A stretch of 64,000 bases of DNA from a virus (taxonomy: Duplodnaviria > Caudoviricetes), in the IMG/VR virus record IMGVR_UViG_3300042334_000305, positions 1,175 through 65,174 of that record; one strand, 5' to 3'. Each line of letters opens with the position of its first letter. Positions within the stretch are counted from its first letter, which is position 1. Position numbers and translations under genes: made by a program. Under the pieces are notes generated by a model that was not told the origin of the DNA, searched no databases, and saw only the letters and a program-made list of their open reading frames with translations. Shown here in pieces: positions 21,210-30,064 of this stretch.

Positions 21210-22486
21210 TGAGTTGTAATTGTCCAGATACTAACAAATGCCCTAGTCCTACAACTTGTTTGTGTGGATTCGAGACTAATATATATAACTCACAAGGGTT
21301 ATTGCTTGAGACTGTTACTGCTTATCCTATTGATGCTGAAGGAACTATTATATATCAAGTGTATAATAGTACAGCGTTTGAGCCTGTATTAAGTCAGTCT
21401 TACACATTGACTATATCTTACAATGATACATTAGATAGATGGGAGATGTCATATTTTGACGATACGTATTCTACCTCTATCTTATTAGGTGTTTTATATG
21501 GTGTAGGTCCAGATGATTGTCCTATAAGTAATTGCTGGGATTTAGATTGTAATGCTGTAGGATTCTTTAACCTAGGATTATTTAGCGTTTATTTTCCTTG
21601 GAGTGGAGCATACACAAATGGAAAGAAGTCTTACACTTTTTCTGGTTTATTTACTCCTTATACTGACTTCAGATTATATTGGACTCCTGATTCTTCTTTA
21701 ATACCTGGATCTGGTGCGCCTGCTGGAACTCCTGCTTGGGTATTTGAAGGCTCTAACACTACTGGTGTTTATATTCCTATATCATATTACTTTAGTTCTA
21801 ATCAATGTCCTTATGGGCCTTACATATTTGAGTACGATAATCCTGTTAGCAGGATGGAGTTTCAAGACTTTGGTGTTACAGGATTTGATTTAAAGACTAC
21901 TATACTTGACTGTGGATGTTGTGATGAGACTATATTGATTGATCTTACTTTTGATGATATTACTTATTTAGATGTAGTAGCTACTGTTGTAAGAGATGAA
22001 TATGGAAATGTAGTAGGAATAAATGGTAAGCAATACTATGAGATGGAAATTCCATTGACTCCATACACAGCTACTTTCTATTTGTACTTTGATGGAACTA
22101 GATGGGTGTTAGCTAATGGTTTAGATGGTGAGGCTACTCAATATGCTGAGTTAGTAGCAAATACAGAGTGTCCATTTGGTATTTATAATATCTTCAGAGA
22201 AGATATTACATTTTTATACATAAGAGGTATTGAATGTTTTGACTGTTGTGATTACGATACTCCTAAGAATAGAAACTTACTAAAGAAAAAGAAAGCTATC
22301 TTTGTAGATGAAATATCTTCAATAAGAAGTAAAGAGTTATTTGGATTTAATTGTGGGCCTGAATGGGATGATTTATTCAGAAAGCATTTAATCTTTGATG
22401 TGTTGTGGTGTCTACCTTATGGAAAGATATGTGATGATGAGCAGCAATGCTTAATAAATAATTTGAATGAAAACTGTAATTGTTAA
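21209..22486 (+). CDS. Cys-rich structural protein with three internal beta repeats, 425 aa
   Basis: 22 Cys. Repeated modules end in DDCP, NQCP, TECP. Confidence 0.5.
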   Translation: MSCNCPDTNKCPSPTTCLCGFETNIYNSQGLLLETVTAYPIDAEGTIIYQVYNSTAFEPVLSQSYTLTISYNDTLDRWEMSYFDDTYSTSILLGVLYGVGPDDCPISNCWDLDCNAVGFFNLGLFSVYFPWSGAYTNGKKSYTFSGLFTPYTDFRLYWTPDSSLIPGSGAPAGTPAWVFEGSNTTGVYIPISYYFSSNQCPYGPYIFEYDNPVSRMEFQDFGVTGFDLKTTILDCGCCDETILIDLTFDDITYLDVVATVVRDEYGNVVGINGKQYYEMEIPLTPYTATFYLYFDGTRWVLANGLDGEATQYAELVANTECPFGIYNIFREDITFLYIRGIECFDCCDYDTPKNRNLLKKKKAIFVDEISSIRSKELFGFNCGPEWDDLFRKHLIFDVLWCLPYGKICDDEQQCLINNLNENCNC

Positions 22487-22489
22487 AAT

Positions 22490-23092
22490 ATGAGCTGTAA
22501 TACTTGTGGAAATTTAGGATCGAATTGTTCATGTTCAGATAACTGTCCTACAAAGACATCTGACATAACTACATTTGATGGTAGTTTCAATATTATAGAA
22601 GTTCCTTGTGATGCTTCATTAAATGATGTTCTTGCTTTATTAGAAAGTTATACTACTAATATGGTGGCTGAGTTATCTGATATGACTTCTTATACTTTAG
22701 AGGAAGGAAATTGTTTAGGATTAGATGCTGGTACTTATGGATTCCAACAGATACTAGATGCTGTTATTTCTGAGCTTTGTGGAGCTGGTTGTAACATGAC
22801 TGTTGATATTCAGAATAATGATCCTTATGAGTTAACTGCTGTACCTACAGGTGGAACAGCTCCTTATACATATAGTTGGACTATAGGTGATAATTGGAAT
22901 ATGTGGACTTTAACGAATACTACATCTGCTACTGTAAGTATTGAGGCTAACGAAGAAGATCCACCTTTGTTAGATGGTTGTGCTACTAATAATAATTCAA
23001 GAATAGGTTTAGTTAAATTAACTGTAACTGATGATAATGGTTGTGTAGCTAAAGATAGCTACTTGTATATAAATATTGTGTGTCCTGGTTAA
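22490..23092 (+). CDS. Cys-rich structural protein with Ig/SprB-like C-terminal domain, 200 aa
   Basis: LTAVPTGGTAPYTYSW..VKLTVTDDNGC is an SprB/PKD-like repeat signature. N-terminus MSCNTCGNLGSNCSCSDNCP. Confidence 0.55.
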   Translation: MSCNTCGNLGSNCSCSDNCPTKTSDITTFDGSFNIIEVPCDASLNDVLALLESYTTNMVAELSDMTSYTLEEGNCLGLDAGTYGFQQILDAVISELCGAGCNMTVDIQNNDPYELTAVPTGGTAPYTYSWTIGDNWNMWTLTNTTSATVSIEANEEDPPLLDGCATNNNSRIGLVKLTVTDDNGCVAKDSYLYINIVCPG

Positions 23093-23103
23093 AATAAATT
23101 AAA

Positions 23104-23790
23104 ATGAGTATAATAGTAAACAATACGGATGGTCAGTTAAACATTGATAATAATGGTATATTAGATGTTTATGCTGTTAGGTCTATTAAGTCTGTAAGTA
23201 AAGGAGTTGATGCTACTGGCAATTACTACATCGCTATAAACTTTATAGCTAATGATAAGAATAATTCTTTAAGAATCTACTTGAAGGATGTTAGTTCTCC
23301 TGTAACTTGGACTAATGATTTAACTGGTGCTAACGCTGCTTTAGCTGATATTAGAGATTGGTTATCAGAAATTATTGATGTTCAAATTACTGAGGCTAAT
23401 GATAGCATTCAGATTTATGCTTCAGATGGTACTAGTAACGTGCCTGTATTAGTTGGTCAACAAAAATGCGATGAATCATTAGCTGTTACTTTATGTGATG
23501 GTCAAGCTCAAGTTCCAATAACTCCAGTTCTTTTAGCTTCTGCAAATTCAACTGGAGATTTAACAGCTTATTCAGGACAGTTAATTTTATCTATTTCTTT
23601 TGCTAATGATGGAACATCTGATGCTGATGTTTCAGTAGATGGAGGTTCTACCTATATTAAATTAGCTCCAGGAATGACTATTAACTTAGATGCTAATGGG
23701 GTAATGAATTATTATGATCCAAACCTTTTTTATTGGAACACATCTTTAACAGCAGGAGCTTCTTTATTGATTGCGTTTAACTATATATAA
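23104..23790 (+). CDS. Putative tail fibre/appendage protein, 228 aa
   Basis: Beta-rich, uncharged, in the tail block. Confidence 0.45.
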   Translation: MSIIVNNTDGQLNIDNNGILDVYAVRSIKSVSKGVDATGNYYIAINFIANDKNNSLRIYLKDVSSPVTWTNDLTGANAALADIRDWLSEIIDVQITEANDSIQIYASDGTSNVPVLVGQQKCDESLAVTLCDGQAQVPITPVLLASANSTGDLTAYSGQLILSISFANDGTSDADVSVDGGSTYIKLAPGMTINLDANGVMNYYDPNLFYWNTSLTAGASLLIAFNYI

Positions 23791-24350
23791 TGGGGGTAAG
23801 GATTGATTCAGATTCTTATTACTTAAATCCTTTAGGTTATACTAGGGGATTATTTGCTCAGACAGCAAACAGCACTCCTATTACTAATACAGCTGTAGAG
23901 ACATCATTAATAAATGGTGGTGTAGGTAGTTTATCTGTTCCTGCTAATGGATTTAAAATAGGAGATAGTTTTAGGGTTGTTATAGCTGGCTTACTAAATG
24001 TAGCTAACAATCAAACAATAAGGATAAGGGTAAAGGATGGTACTTCTATATTAGCTGACAGTGGTGCTAAGGCGATAACTAATATTACAAACAATGTATT
24101 CTCTTTGAATGTGGATTTTACAGTAAGAGCATTAGGAGGCACAGGTGTAGCATCTATGGTTACATTAGGCACATTCCATTATACTAAGACATCAAATGGT
24201 GTTACGGAAGGATTTGCTTTTAATGAGATTAATAGCACAACCTTTGATACAACGATAGCTAATACGTTAGGCATTACAGTTCAATGGGGTGCTGCTAATA
24301 TAGGTAATAGTATTTATAGCGATATTTGCATTTTAAATAAAACATATTAA
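23790..24350 (+). CDS. Putative tail fibre/appendage protein, 186 aa
   Basis: T/N/G-rich jelly-roll-like sequence, translationally coupled to the previous gene. Confidence 0.45.
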   Translation: MGVRIDSDSYYLNPLGYTRGLFAQTANSTPITNTAVETSLINGGVGSLSVPANGFKIGDSFRVVIAGLLNVANNQTIRIRVKDGTSILADSGAKAITNITNNVFSLNVDFTVRALGGTGVASMVTLGTFHYTKTSNGVTEGFAFNEINSTTFDTTIANTLGITVQWGAANIGNSIYSDICILNKTY

Positions 24351-24352
24351 AA

Positions 24353-24961
24353 ATGGGTACAAGGATTGAAATAAAACCTACAGCTACAACACCTGCACCT
24401 GTTGGTGCAACCTTAATGAAAACAGGTCAAACAACATCATACAGAACAGGTGATGATGGTGATATTGAGGCAGGGAGAGCAACATCATTTACAGTACTTG
24501 CTGAACATAATCCCTTTGGTAACACTAATAGATTTACTGATACATTAGGTGGTACGACTTACGCTAACAATATAGTAATTGATTGGAGTACGTATAACGG
24601 AACTACAGTTTTAGGGTGGCATAGATTAGCCATGCCAACTGTTGGAACTTACACATGGAATCAAGCTATTGATAATGCTTTGACTTTTACAAATGGATCT
24701 TTCACTACGGGTTGGAAGTTAGCAAATATTGCTGAATATTTTAGCTTATTTAATTGGGCAAACACACCAGTAAATAAATTGAATTATGCACCTTTTAGTT
24801 TGATTGGTGACTTTTGGAGTAGTACAACTACAGAGGGGTCAGTAAACGCATATTATGTTGTAAATTCAACTACTTTACATATTTTCACAACAGGTAAAAC
24901 TGCTGGTATAAAAGCATTATTTAATAGAGTATTCACAGTAACAGGAACAACTTTAACTTAA
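24353..24961 (+). CDS. DUF1566 (Lcl C-terminal)-like domain protein, probable receptor-binding tip
   Basis: KTGQTTSYRTGDDG, YTWNQAI..GWKLANIAEYFSL..FWSSTT signature. Confidence 0.6.
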   Translation: MGTRIEIKPTATTPAPVGATLMKTGQTTSYRTGDDGDIEAGRATSFTVLAEHNPFGNTNRFTDTLGGTTYANNIVIDWSTYNGTTVLGWHRLAMPTVGTYTWNQAIDNALTFTNGSFTTGWKLANIAEYFSLFNWANTPVNKLNYAPFSLIGDFWSSTTTEGSVNAYYVVNSTTLHIFTTGKTAGIKALFNRVFTVTGTTLT

Positions 24962-24971
24962 AATAAAAACT

Positions 24972-25208
24972 ATGGCAACTTACAGATTTCCACAATTCAA
25001 TATTGAGATTATTGATCCAACAGTAACAGTAACAACAGTTATTGATAATATCATTGATAAGTTTTGTACTGCTAATGTTATTCTTCAAACACCTTCAACA
25101 AACTTTGGAGTAAGTTTCGGAGGTTACACTTATGAAAGCGACTGGAATGACCAGGACATCATTAATTGGGTGAACAATGTAGAACTACCAAAATATGAAG
25201 TTCAATAA
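24972..25208 (+). CDS. Small tail-associated protein, 78 aa
   Basis: Clean ORF between the fibre block and the lysis genes. Confidence 0.5.
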   Translation: MATYRFPQFNIEIIDPTVTVTTVIDNIIDKFCTANVILQTPSTNFGVSFGGYTYESDWNDQDIINWVNNVELPKYEVQ

Positions 25209-25660
25209 TGAAATATATTTTCATAATAGCATTAGTTTTAATTTCTTGTTCTCCACAGACTAGATTCGATAGACTTATAAAAAGGCATCCTTGGTTACTA
25301 ACTAAAGATACACTTATAGTAAAAGATACAATAAGAGATACTATACGAATAACTGTACCAGAAGTTCATGTTGACACAGTGGTAGAATATCAAACTTTAT
25401 ACGATACAATTTTTTTAGAAAAAGATCAACTTAAAGTTAAGGTCTGGATGGATAGAGAAAAGAAAGTTTACATTCAAGGAAAGTGTGATACAGTATATAT
25501 TGTAAAGCCTTACGAAAAGATTGTAGAAAGAAAAATACCTATTATGTATTACGAAAAGACTCCTTGGTATAAGAAGCTCTTAAATAACTTGATAGGAATT
25601 TTGTTATCTTTGCTCGTAGTATATATTACGTATAGAATTATAAGAAATTACTTACTATGA
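25208..25660 (+). CDS. Unimolecular spanin candidate
   Basis: N-terminal lipoprotein signal (MKYIFIIALVLISC) plus C-terminal TM helix (LIGILLSLLVVYITY), directly upstream of holin and endolysin. Confidence 0.7.
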   Translation: MKYIFIIALVLISCSPQTRFDRLIKRHPWLLTKDTLIVKDTIRDTIRITVPEVHVDTVVEYQTLYDTIFLEKDQLKVKVWMDREKKVYIQGKCDTVYIVKPYEKIVERKIPIMYYEKTPWYKKLLNNLIGILLSLLVVYITYRIIRNYLL

Positions 25661-26085
25661 AAGCGAAACTTTTCTTAATGATTACCTCTATGATGGCTGT
25701 TATTTCGCCAGTTTTTCCAATGATTTACATAGCTATATTAGCAATCTTAATAGACACAGGATTTGGTATATGGAGAAGTGTTAAGAAAGGAGGATGGAAA
25801 TCAATTAGAAGTAGAAGATTATCTCACGTTATAAGCAAATCATTACTTTACTCAGGAGCGATTCTTTTTACATTTCTAATAGAAAGTTACATAGCAAAGG
25901 ATTTAATAGCTCAGTTCATCGCTGTTGACCTTGTAATGACAAAAGTAATAGCTTTCTTCTGCGTAGTAGTAGAAGTTAAATCAATAAATGAATCTTATGA
26001 GTCTGTAACAGGAAAGAATATGTTAAAGGCTTTAAGAGTATTCATCACAAGAGCAAAGGAAGAAGCAGATAAATTAAAGCAATGA
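25657..26085 (+). CDS. Holin, 142 aa
   Basis: Three hydrophobic segments, DTGFGIWRS and EVKSINES motifs of phage holin family 4-like proteins, basic C-terminus. Confidence 0.75.
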   Translation: MKAKLFLMITSMMAVISPVFPMIYIAILAILIDTGFGIWRSVKKGGWKSIRSRRLSHVISKSLLYSGAILFTFLIESYIAKDLIAQFIAVDLVMTKVIAFFCVVVEVKSINESYESVTGKNMLKALRVFITRAKEEADKLKQ

Positions 26086-26159
26086 TTATCGTATTATTTA
26101 TTGTATTTCTATTATCTTTATCAGCGTTTTTAAACATTTTAAGAAATGACTACAATTAA
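26082..26159 (+). CDS. 25-aa single-TM peptide between holin and endolysin
   Basis: ATGA overlap with the holin stop. MIIVLFIVFLLSLSAFLNILRNDYN. Confidence 0.45.
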   Translation: MIIVLFIVFLLSLSAFLNILRNDYN

Positions 26160-27021
26160 ATTAGGAAGTAAAGGAGAATCTGTAAAGACATTACAAGCGT
26201 TCTTAAAGATTACAGTTGATGGAGTATTTGGTCCTGCTACGGATAAAGCTGTAAGATCATGGCAATTAACTCATGGATTAATAGCTGATGGTATCGTTGG
26301 TAGAAATACTTGGGCTGCTATGGGTATATTAAATACTGATAACGCTGAGAATAACGAGATGACTAATGCTTTGGATATTAAGAAGCATTACATGCCTACT
26401 AATACTTATTTCCCTGGGCCTGTTAAGAAACAGTGGATATTCTTACATCATACAGCTGGTTGGGAGAATCCTTATCAAGTGATTGATATGTGGGCTAGAG
26501 ATAACAGAGGTAACGTAGCTACTGAATTTGTTTTAGGAGGACAATCTGTTAAGGATGGTAGTACTAAGTTTGATGGGGAGTTGGTTCAAGCATTCCCAGA
26601 GGGAGGATATGGGTGGCATACAGGTACAGGTAATTCTGTTATGCATAGAAACTCTGTAGCTATTGAGGTATGTAACATGGGCCAAATAGTAAATGGAAAG
26701 ACTTATGTTAACACACCAGCTAAATCGGATCAAGTATTTAAGTTAGCTAAACCATTTAGAGGATTCCAATTCTGGCATGATTACTCTGATGCTCAGATTG
26801 AGACATTGAAAGGGTGGATATTATTCGTTGCTGATAAATACAACATTGATATTAGAAGAGGATTGATTGAGCATGTACGAGCTAAGGGAGCTGATGGATT
26901 TGATGTGATAGATGCTAAGGCTGAATCAACACCTGGATTATATTCTCATACGAATGTATTAAGAGGAAAGGTAGATATGTACCCTCATCCTTACTTAATT
27001 GATATGTTATTATCTTTGTAA
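26146..27021 (+). CDS. Endolysin: peptidoglycan-binding domain plus N-acetylmuramoyl-L-alanine amidase
   Basis: IKLGSKGESVKTLQ..VDGVFGPAT..ADGIVGRNTW (PG_binding_1), IFLHHTAG..SVAIEVCN..YSHTNV..KVD (Amidase_2). Confidence 0.88.
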   Translation: MTTIKLGSKGESVKTLQAFLKITVDGVFGPATDKAVRSWQLTHGLIADGIVGRNTWAAMGILNTDNAENNEMTNALDIKKHYMPTNTYFPGPVKKQWIFLHHTAGWENPYQVIDMWARDNRGNVATEFVLGGQSVKDGSTKFDGELVQAFPEGGYGWHTGTGNSVMHRNSVAIEVCNMGQIVNGKTYVNTPAKSDQVFKLAKPFRGFQFWHDYSDAQIETLKGWILFVADKYNIDIRRGLIEHVRAKGADGFDVIDAKAESTPGLYSHTNVLRGKVDMYPHPYLIDMLLSL

Positions 27022-27022
27022 C

Positions 27023-27304
27023 ATGAGAAACAAGTTAGCAGGAACTAAGAAGGGTAAGAGTAGAACAGCAAAGTTCTATCAAGAGAATCCAGAAGCTCGT
27101 AAGAAGCGAGATGAGTACAATAAAGAGTACCATAGTACTCCTGCTAGAAAAAAGTATAGAGCTGTATTACAGGCGATAAATAGAGAGAATGGAACTCATG
27201 CTAATCATGATGGAAAGGATGTGGCTCATACATCTAAGACTAAAACTATTTCTCAAGCTCAATCTAAGAATAGAGGGGATAAGAAGAGACAATTCTTTAA
27301 ATAG
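27023..27304 (+). CDS. Small basic protein with degenerate HNH-like motif
   Basis: DGKDVAH..SKNR resembles minimal phage HNH proteins. ATG lies 4 nt after TATCTTTG (27011-27018). Confidence 0.55.
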   Translation: MRNKLAGTKKGKSRTAKFYQENPEARKKRDEYNKEYHSTPARKKYRAVLQAINRENGTHANHDGKDVAHTSKTKTISQAQSKNRGDKKRQFFK

Positions 27305-27308
27305 AGTA

Positions 27309-27542
27309 TTATTTAAACTCTACTTCTAGTGATACTCCAATAGATGGAAACTTCTCACTAATCTTTTTAAGAAGGAGAAGCCCATGTGGACCTCTCCCTT
27401 CTTCTGCTTGTATTAATACTTTAGGCTTAACACCAATCTTTTCAGCAAATGGATCTACATGCATTTTAAAGTGCTGTATTCGTATCATCTGTATAATCTC
27501 ACCCATATCTTCAGGTGTTATATCTACTAAGTATTTTGACAT
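27309..27542 (-). CDS. XRE-type helix-turn-helix protein, 77 aa
   Basis: IIQMIR..FAEKIGVKPKVLIQAEEG pattern. Confidence 0.55.
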   Translation of the reverse strand: MSKYLVDITPEDMGEIIQMIRIQHFKMHVDPFAEKIGVKPKVLIQAEEGRGPHGLLLLKKISEKFPSIGVSLEVEFK

Positions 27543-27552
27543 GATTTATATT

Positions 27553-27978
27553 TTAGAATGGCAAACTATCATCCTCTTCCATCTGAGCTATAACCTTCTT
27601 AGCTGATTTAGGCTCTGGTTTTTCTTTTGATGGTGTGAATGAATCTTCTTCTGATTTGTTATTCTTATTAATTACTCGAATGTTATTGAAGGATATTTCC
27701 TTGGATTCTTTCTTCTCTCCATCCTTATCCCATGTTCTAGTAACGATAGATCCTTCAAGGTAAACCATATCACCTTTATTGATTCTATCAGCACGTTCTA
27801 CGATAGCAGGGATTCCACAAGAGCATCTATGCCACTCTGTTTTATTAATCCACTCTTCACCTTTCTTGTAGCTTTCTGATGTAGCTACGGAGATATTAAC
27901 GATTTTACCTCCATTGTCGAATGACTTAACGTCAATACTTCCTACATTTCCTAGTAGGATAACTTTGTTTACACTCAT
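27553..27978 (-). CDS. ssb: Single-stranded DNA-binding protein
   Basis: MSVNKVILLGNVG..VATSESYK..TEWHRC..KGDMVYLEGSIVTRTW and acidic C-terminal DDSLPF. Confidence 0.92.
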   Translation of the reverse strand: MSVNKVILLGNVGSIDVKSFDNGGKIVNISVATSESYKKGEEWINKTEWHRCSCGIPAIVERADRINKGDMVYLEGSIVTRTWDKDGEKKESKEISFNNIRVINKNNKSEEDSFTPSKEKPEPKSAKKVIAQMEEDDSLPF

Positions 27979-28355
27979 TTTTCTTCTTTTAAATTGTTTA
28001 AAAATTGTAGTATAGCTCTTTGTGAATGAAGCCATAATACATCTGTCTTTGGGTTATCTTTAAGCTGATAACGTAGCATCTTATATTTAATCTTAGATAC
28101 ATCTGTAGCAAATCCTTTTATATCAATGTAGTAGTCTATATCATTATGCTTGACTACAAAATCCACAGTTAACGTGATAGGTCTTATTGCTTTCTTGTTG
28201 TATCTGAAACCATCTATAAGTATTATCTTTTTTTGAAATTCAAATTCAAAGTTTAATTTATTCAATAGGTCGTAGCAAACTAATTCAAGTTTAGAGTCAA
28301 ACTTAACTCCATTAACTTCTAGCTTTTTATTTCCGTATTTAGTTCTTTTGATCAT
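27975..28355 (-). CDS. DUF1064-family PD-(D/E)XK nuclease (resolvase-like)
   Basis: TKYGNKKLEVNGVKFDSKLE..VDFVV..YYIDIKG..KIKYKML. Confidence 0.8.
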   Translation of the reverse strand: MIKRTKYGNKKLEVNGVKFDSKLELVCYDLLNKLNFEFEFQKKIILIDGFRYNKKAIRPITLTVDFVVKHNDIDYYIDIKGFATDVSKIKYKMLRYQLKDNPKTDVLWLHSQRAILQFLNNLKEEK

Positions 28356-28963
28356 ATAACGTAACTCTCGTCATATACTCTAACTACGATACTATCAGTT
28401 GCTCTTATAGGAAACTTAACTTCTATTTTCTTTTTCAATCTATTCTCAATCTTAGTGTTAATCCAGAATAAGAATCTGTCAAATATGTTTAGTTTCTCTT
28501 TTATCTTAGCTATGATACGATCTTCATTCTCTTGTTTGTGTTCTTTGTATAGCTCTTGTAAGATTTCATTCTCTTTGTATAGAGAGAAGTCTCTTTCTAT
28601 TATTGGTCGAAGGCTAGGCTCTGAATAGGTTTCTGGCTTCATTACTTTACCATCAGCCCTAAATATCGCCTGGCCATCAGGACCAACCTTTGACATATTA
28701 GATCTATGTACCTCATCAAATAATATGACAGCTCTATCTCCTAGACCATACTCATGGATTGTTCCATAGGTAATGTATAGAATATCGGTAAGCGCATCAG
28801 CTACTTCGATAATGTTTTTGGCTTCTCTAAGTTCCTGTACTTCTTCTTCTAGAAGTTTCTGTCTTAGTGTAGCTCTTTTTTTAGATAACATCTTAGGGTT
28901 ATCTGGGCTTTTCACTCCAAAAGCATTTTGAAAATCAAGCACTTGTAATAATTGTCTTTCCAT
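28352..28963 (-). CDS. MazG/HisE-like NTP pyrophosphohydrolase
   Basis: LLEEEVQEL..VADALTDILYITYG..FDEVHRSNMSK..DGKVMKP. Confidence 0.85.
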   Translation of the reverse strand: MERQLLQVLDFQNAFGVKSPDNPKMLSKKRATLRQKLLEEEVQELREAKNIIEVADALTDILYITYGTIHEYGLGDRAVILFDEVHRSNMSKVGPDGQAIFRADGKVMKPETYSEPSLRPIIERDFSLYKENEILQELYKEHKQENEDRIIAKIKEKLNIFDRFLFWINTKIENRLKKKIEVKFPIRATDSIVVRVYDESYVI

Positions 28964-28983
28964 ATTATTTGAATTAAGGTCAA

Positions 28984-28991
28984 CAAATGTA
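28984..28991 (-). promoter_or_regulatory. -7 promoter element TACATTTG
   Basis: Consensus match before the start at 28963. Confidence 0.45.
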
Positions 28992-28992
28992 G

Positions 28993-29271
28993 TTAAAAAC
29001 TATATTGATAGCAAATTTTGGATAAAAATTTAATTATTTCCATGTTTTCTATAACAAATTTGTATTTACTAAAGTCTCCTTTATGAATGTATTCATCAAA
29101 TACTTTCTTATATAGTTTTTCTTTTTCAGCCTGTATAAGCTCGTTATTTAACAGTAGTACTGGTATTCTATCTAAATATACTTTTCGTGTCTCAGGAGCT
29201 TTGTATTTAGTCTTACTAGGGAATATTACCTTAACGGTTAGGTTGACACAGTATATATCAGGATTAGTCAT
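28993..29271 (-). CDS. Hypothetical protein, 92 aa
   Basis: ORF in the operon direction. Confidence 0.5.
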   Translation of the reverse strand: MTNPDIYCVNLTVKVIFPSKTKYKAPETRKVYLDRIPVLLLNNELIQAEKEKLYKKVFDEYIHKGDFSKYKFVIENMEIIKFLSKICYQYSF

Positions 29272-29370
29272 ACTCTTCGTTTACTTTTTTAACTTTTTGT
29301 TTGTTGTTTTTTTTATAATATTTAAGTTTAACTGTAAACTTTGGCATTTCTGGTTTTATTCTTCTTCTTC

Positions 29371-29601
29371 TCATAGCTTACTACTTGGTAACTTACTACT
29401 TAGTAACTTTTTTACTTTACTCCAATATATTATTTCATCCTTAGTATTGTGACTATCTAAGGTGGTTTTAACACAGAACATAGCCATATCATGTGCTATA
29501 GCTTCAACCATCTTCTTAGACTCTATATTGAAGTGTATAATCTTTACCCAATCGTGATACTCATTGAATATTTCTTCTGCTTTTAATTCAGGTTCTTTCA
29601 T
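29371..29601 (-). CDS. Small protein related to the KEKAKEL paralogue family
   Basis: PELKAEEIF..AMFCV..IIYWSKVKKLL pattern shared with 35857, 46502 and 47640. Confidence 0.55.
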   Translation of the reverse strand: MKEPELKAEEIFNEYHDWVKIIHFNIESKKMVEAIAHDMAMFCVKTTLDSHNTKDEIIYWSKVKKLLSSKLPSSKL

Positions 29602-30062
29602 TTCTTTATAATTTTATCGCAAATAAACATTAAATCCATGGTTTTTACAAGTGTTATTATATCTAACCTTGTTTTTCTTTGAGTAAGTTTATAGAAATCA
29701 GGTATTTCAGACCATTCTTTAGCGGCACATTTCTCTTTAATAAACTCCTGTAACCTCATCTTATCTACCATCAGCCAATAATCTTCTGTTTCAAAGGCGA
29801 AGTAGTGAGCTTCACCATATAACCAACCAGGATTACCTAAAACATTTTTCAACTCTACGTAGTGGATATTTTCATTAGTAGTATCGTCTGACCTATGCTT
29901 TTTCTTCATAGCCTTAACATCAATCTGCATGGTAATAGATACATCCCAATGCTCATGCATGTCTTGTTCTTTAGTTGAGAAGTCTATCTTACCCATGGTT
30001 TCTATTGCCTTAGCAAATTTTCTTTCTACTCCTTTGAATAGCTCTACATTTTTTTCGTACAT
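29598..30062 (-). CDS. Putative PD-(D/E)XK-like nuclease, 154 aa
   Basis: HWDV..IDVKAMKK..VELKNVLGNPGWLYGEAHYFAF pattern. Confidence 0.5.
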   Translation of the reverse strand: MYEKNVELFKGVERKFAKAIETMGKIDFSTKEQDMHEHWDVSITMQIDVKAMKKKHRSDDTTNENIHYVELKNVLGNPGWLYGEAHYFAFETEDYWLMVDKMRLQEFIKEKCAAKEWSEIPDFYKLTQRKTRLDIITLVKTMDLMFICDKIIKK

Positions 30063-30064
30063 AA

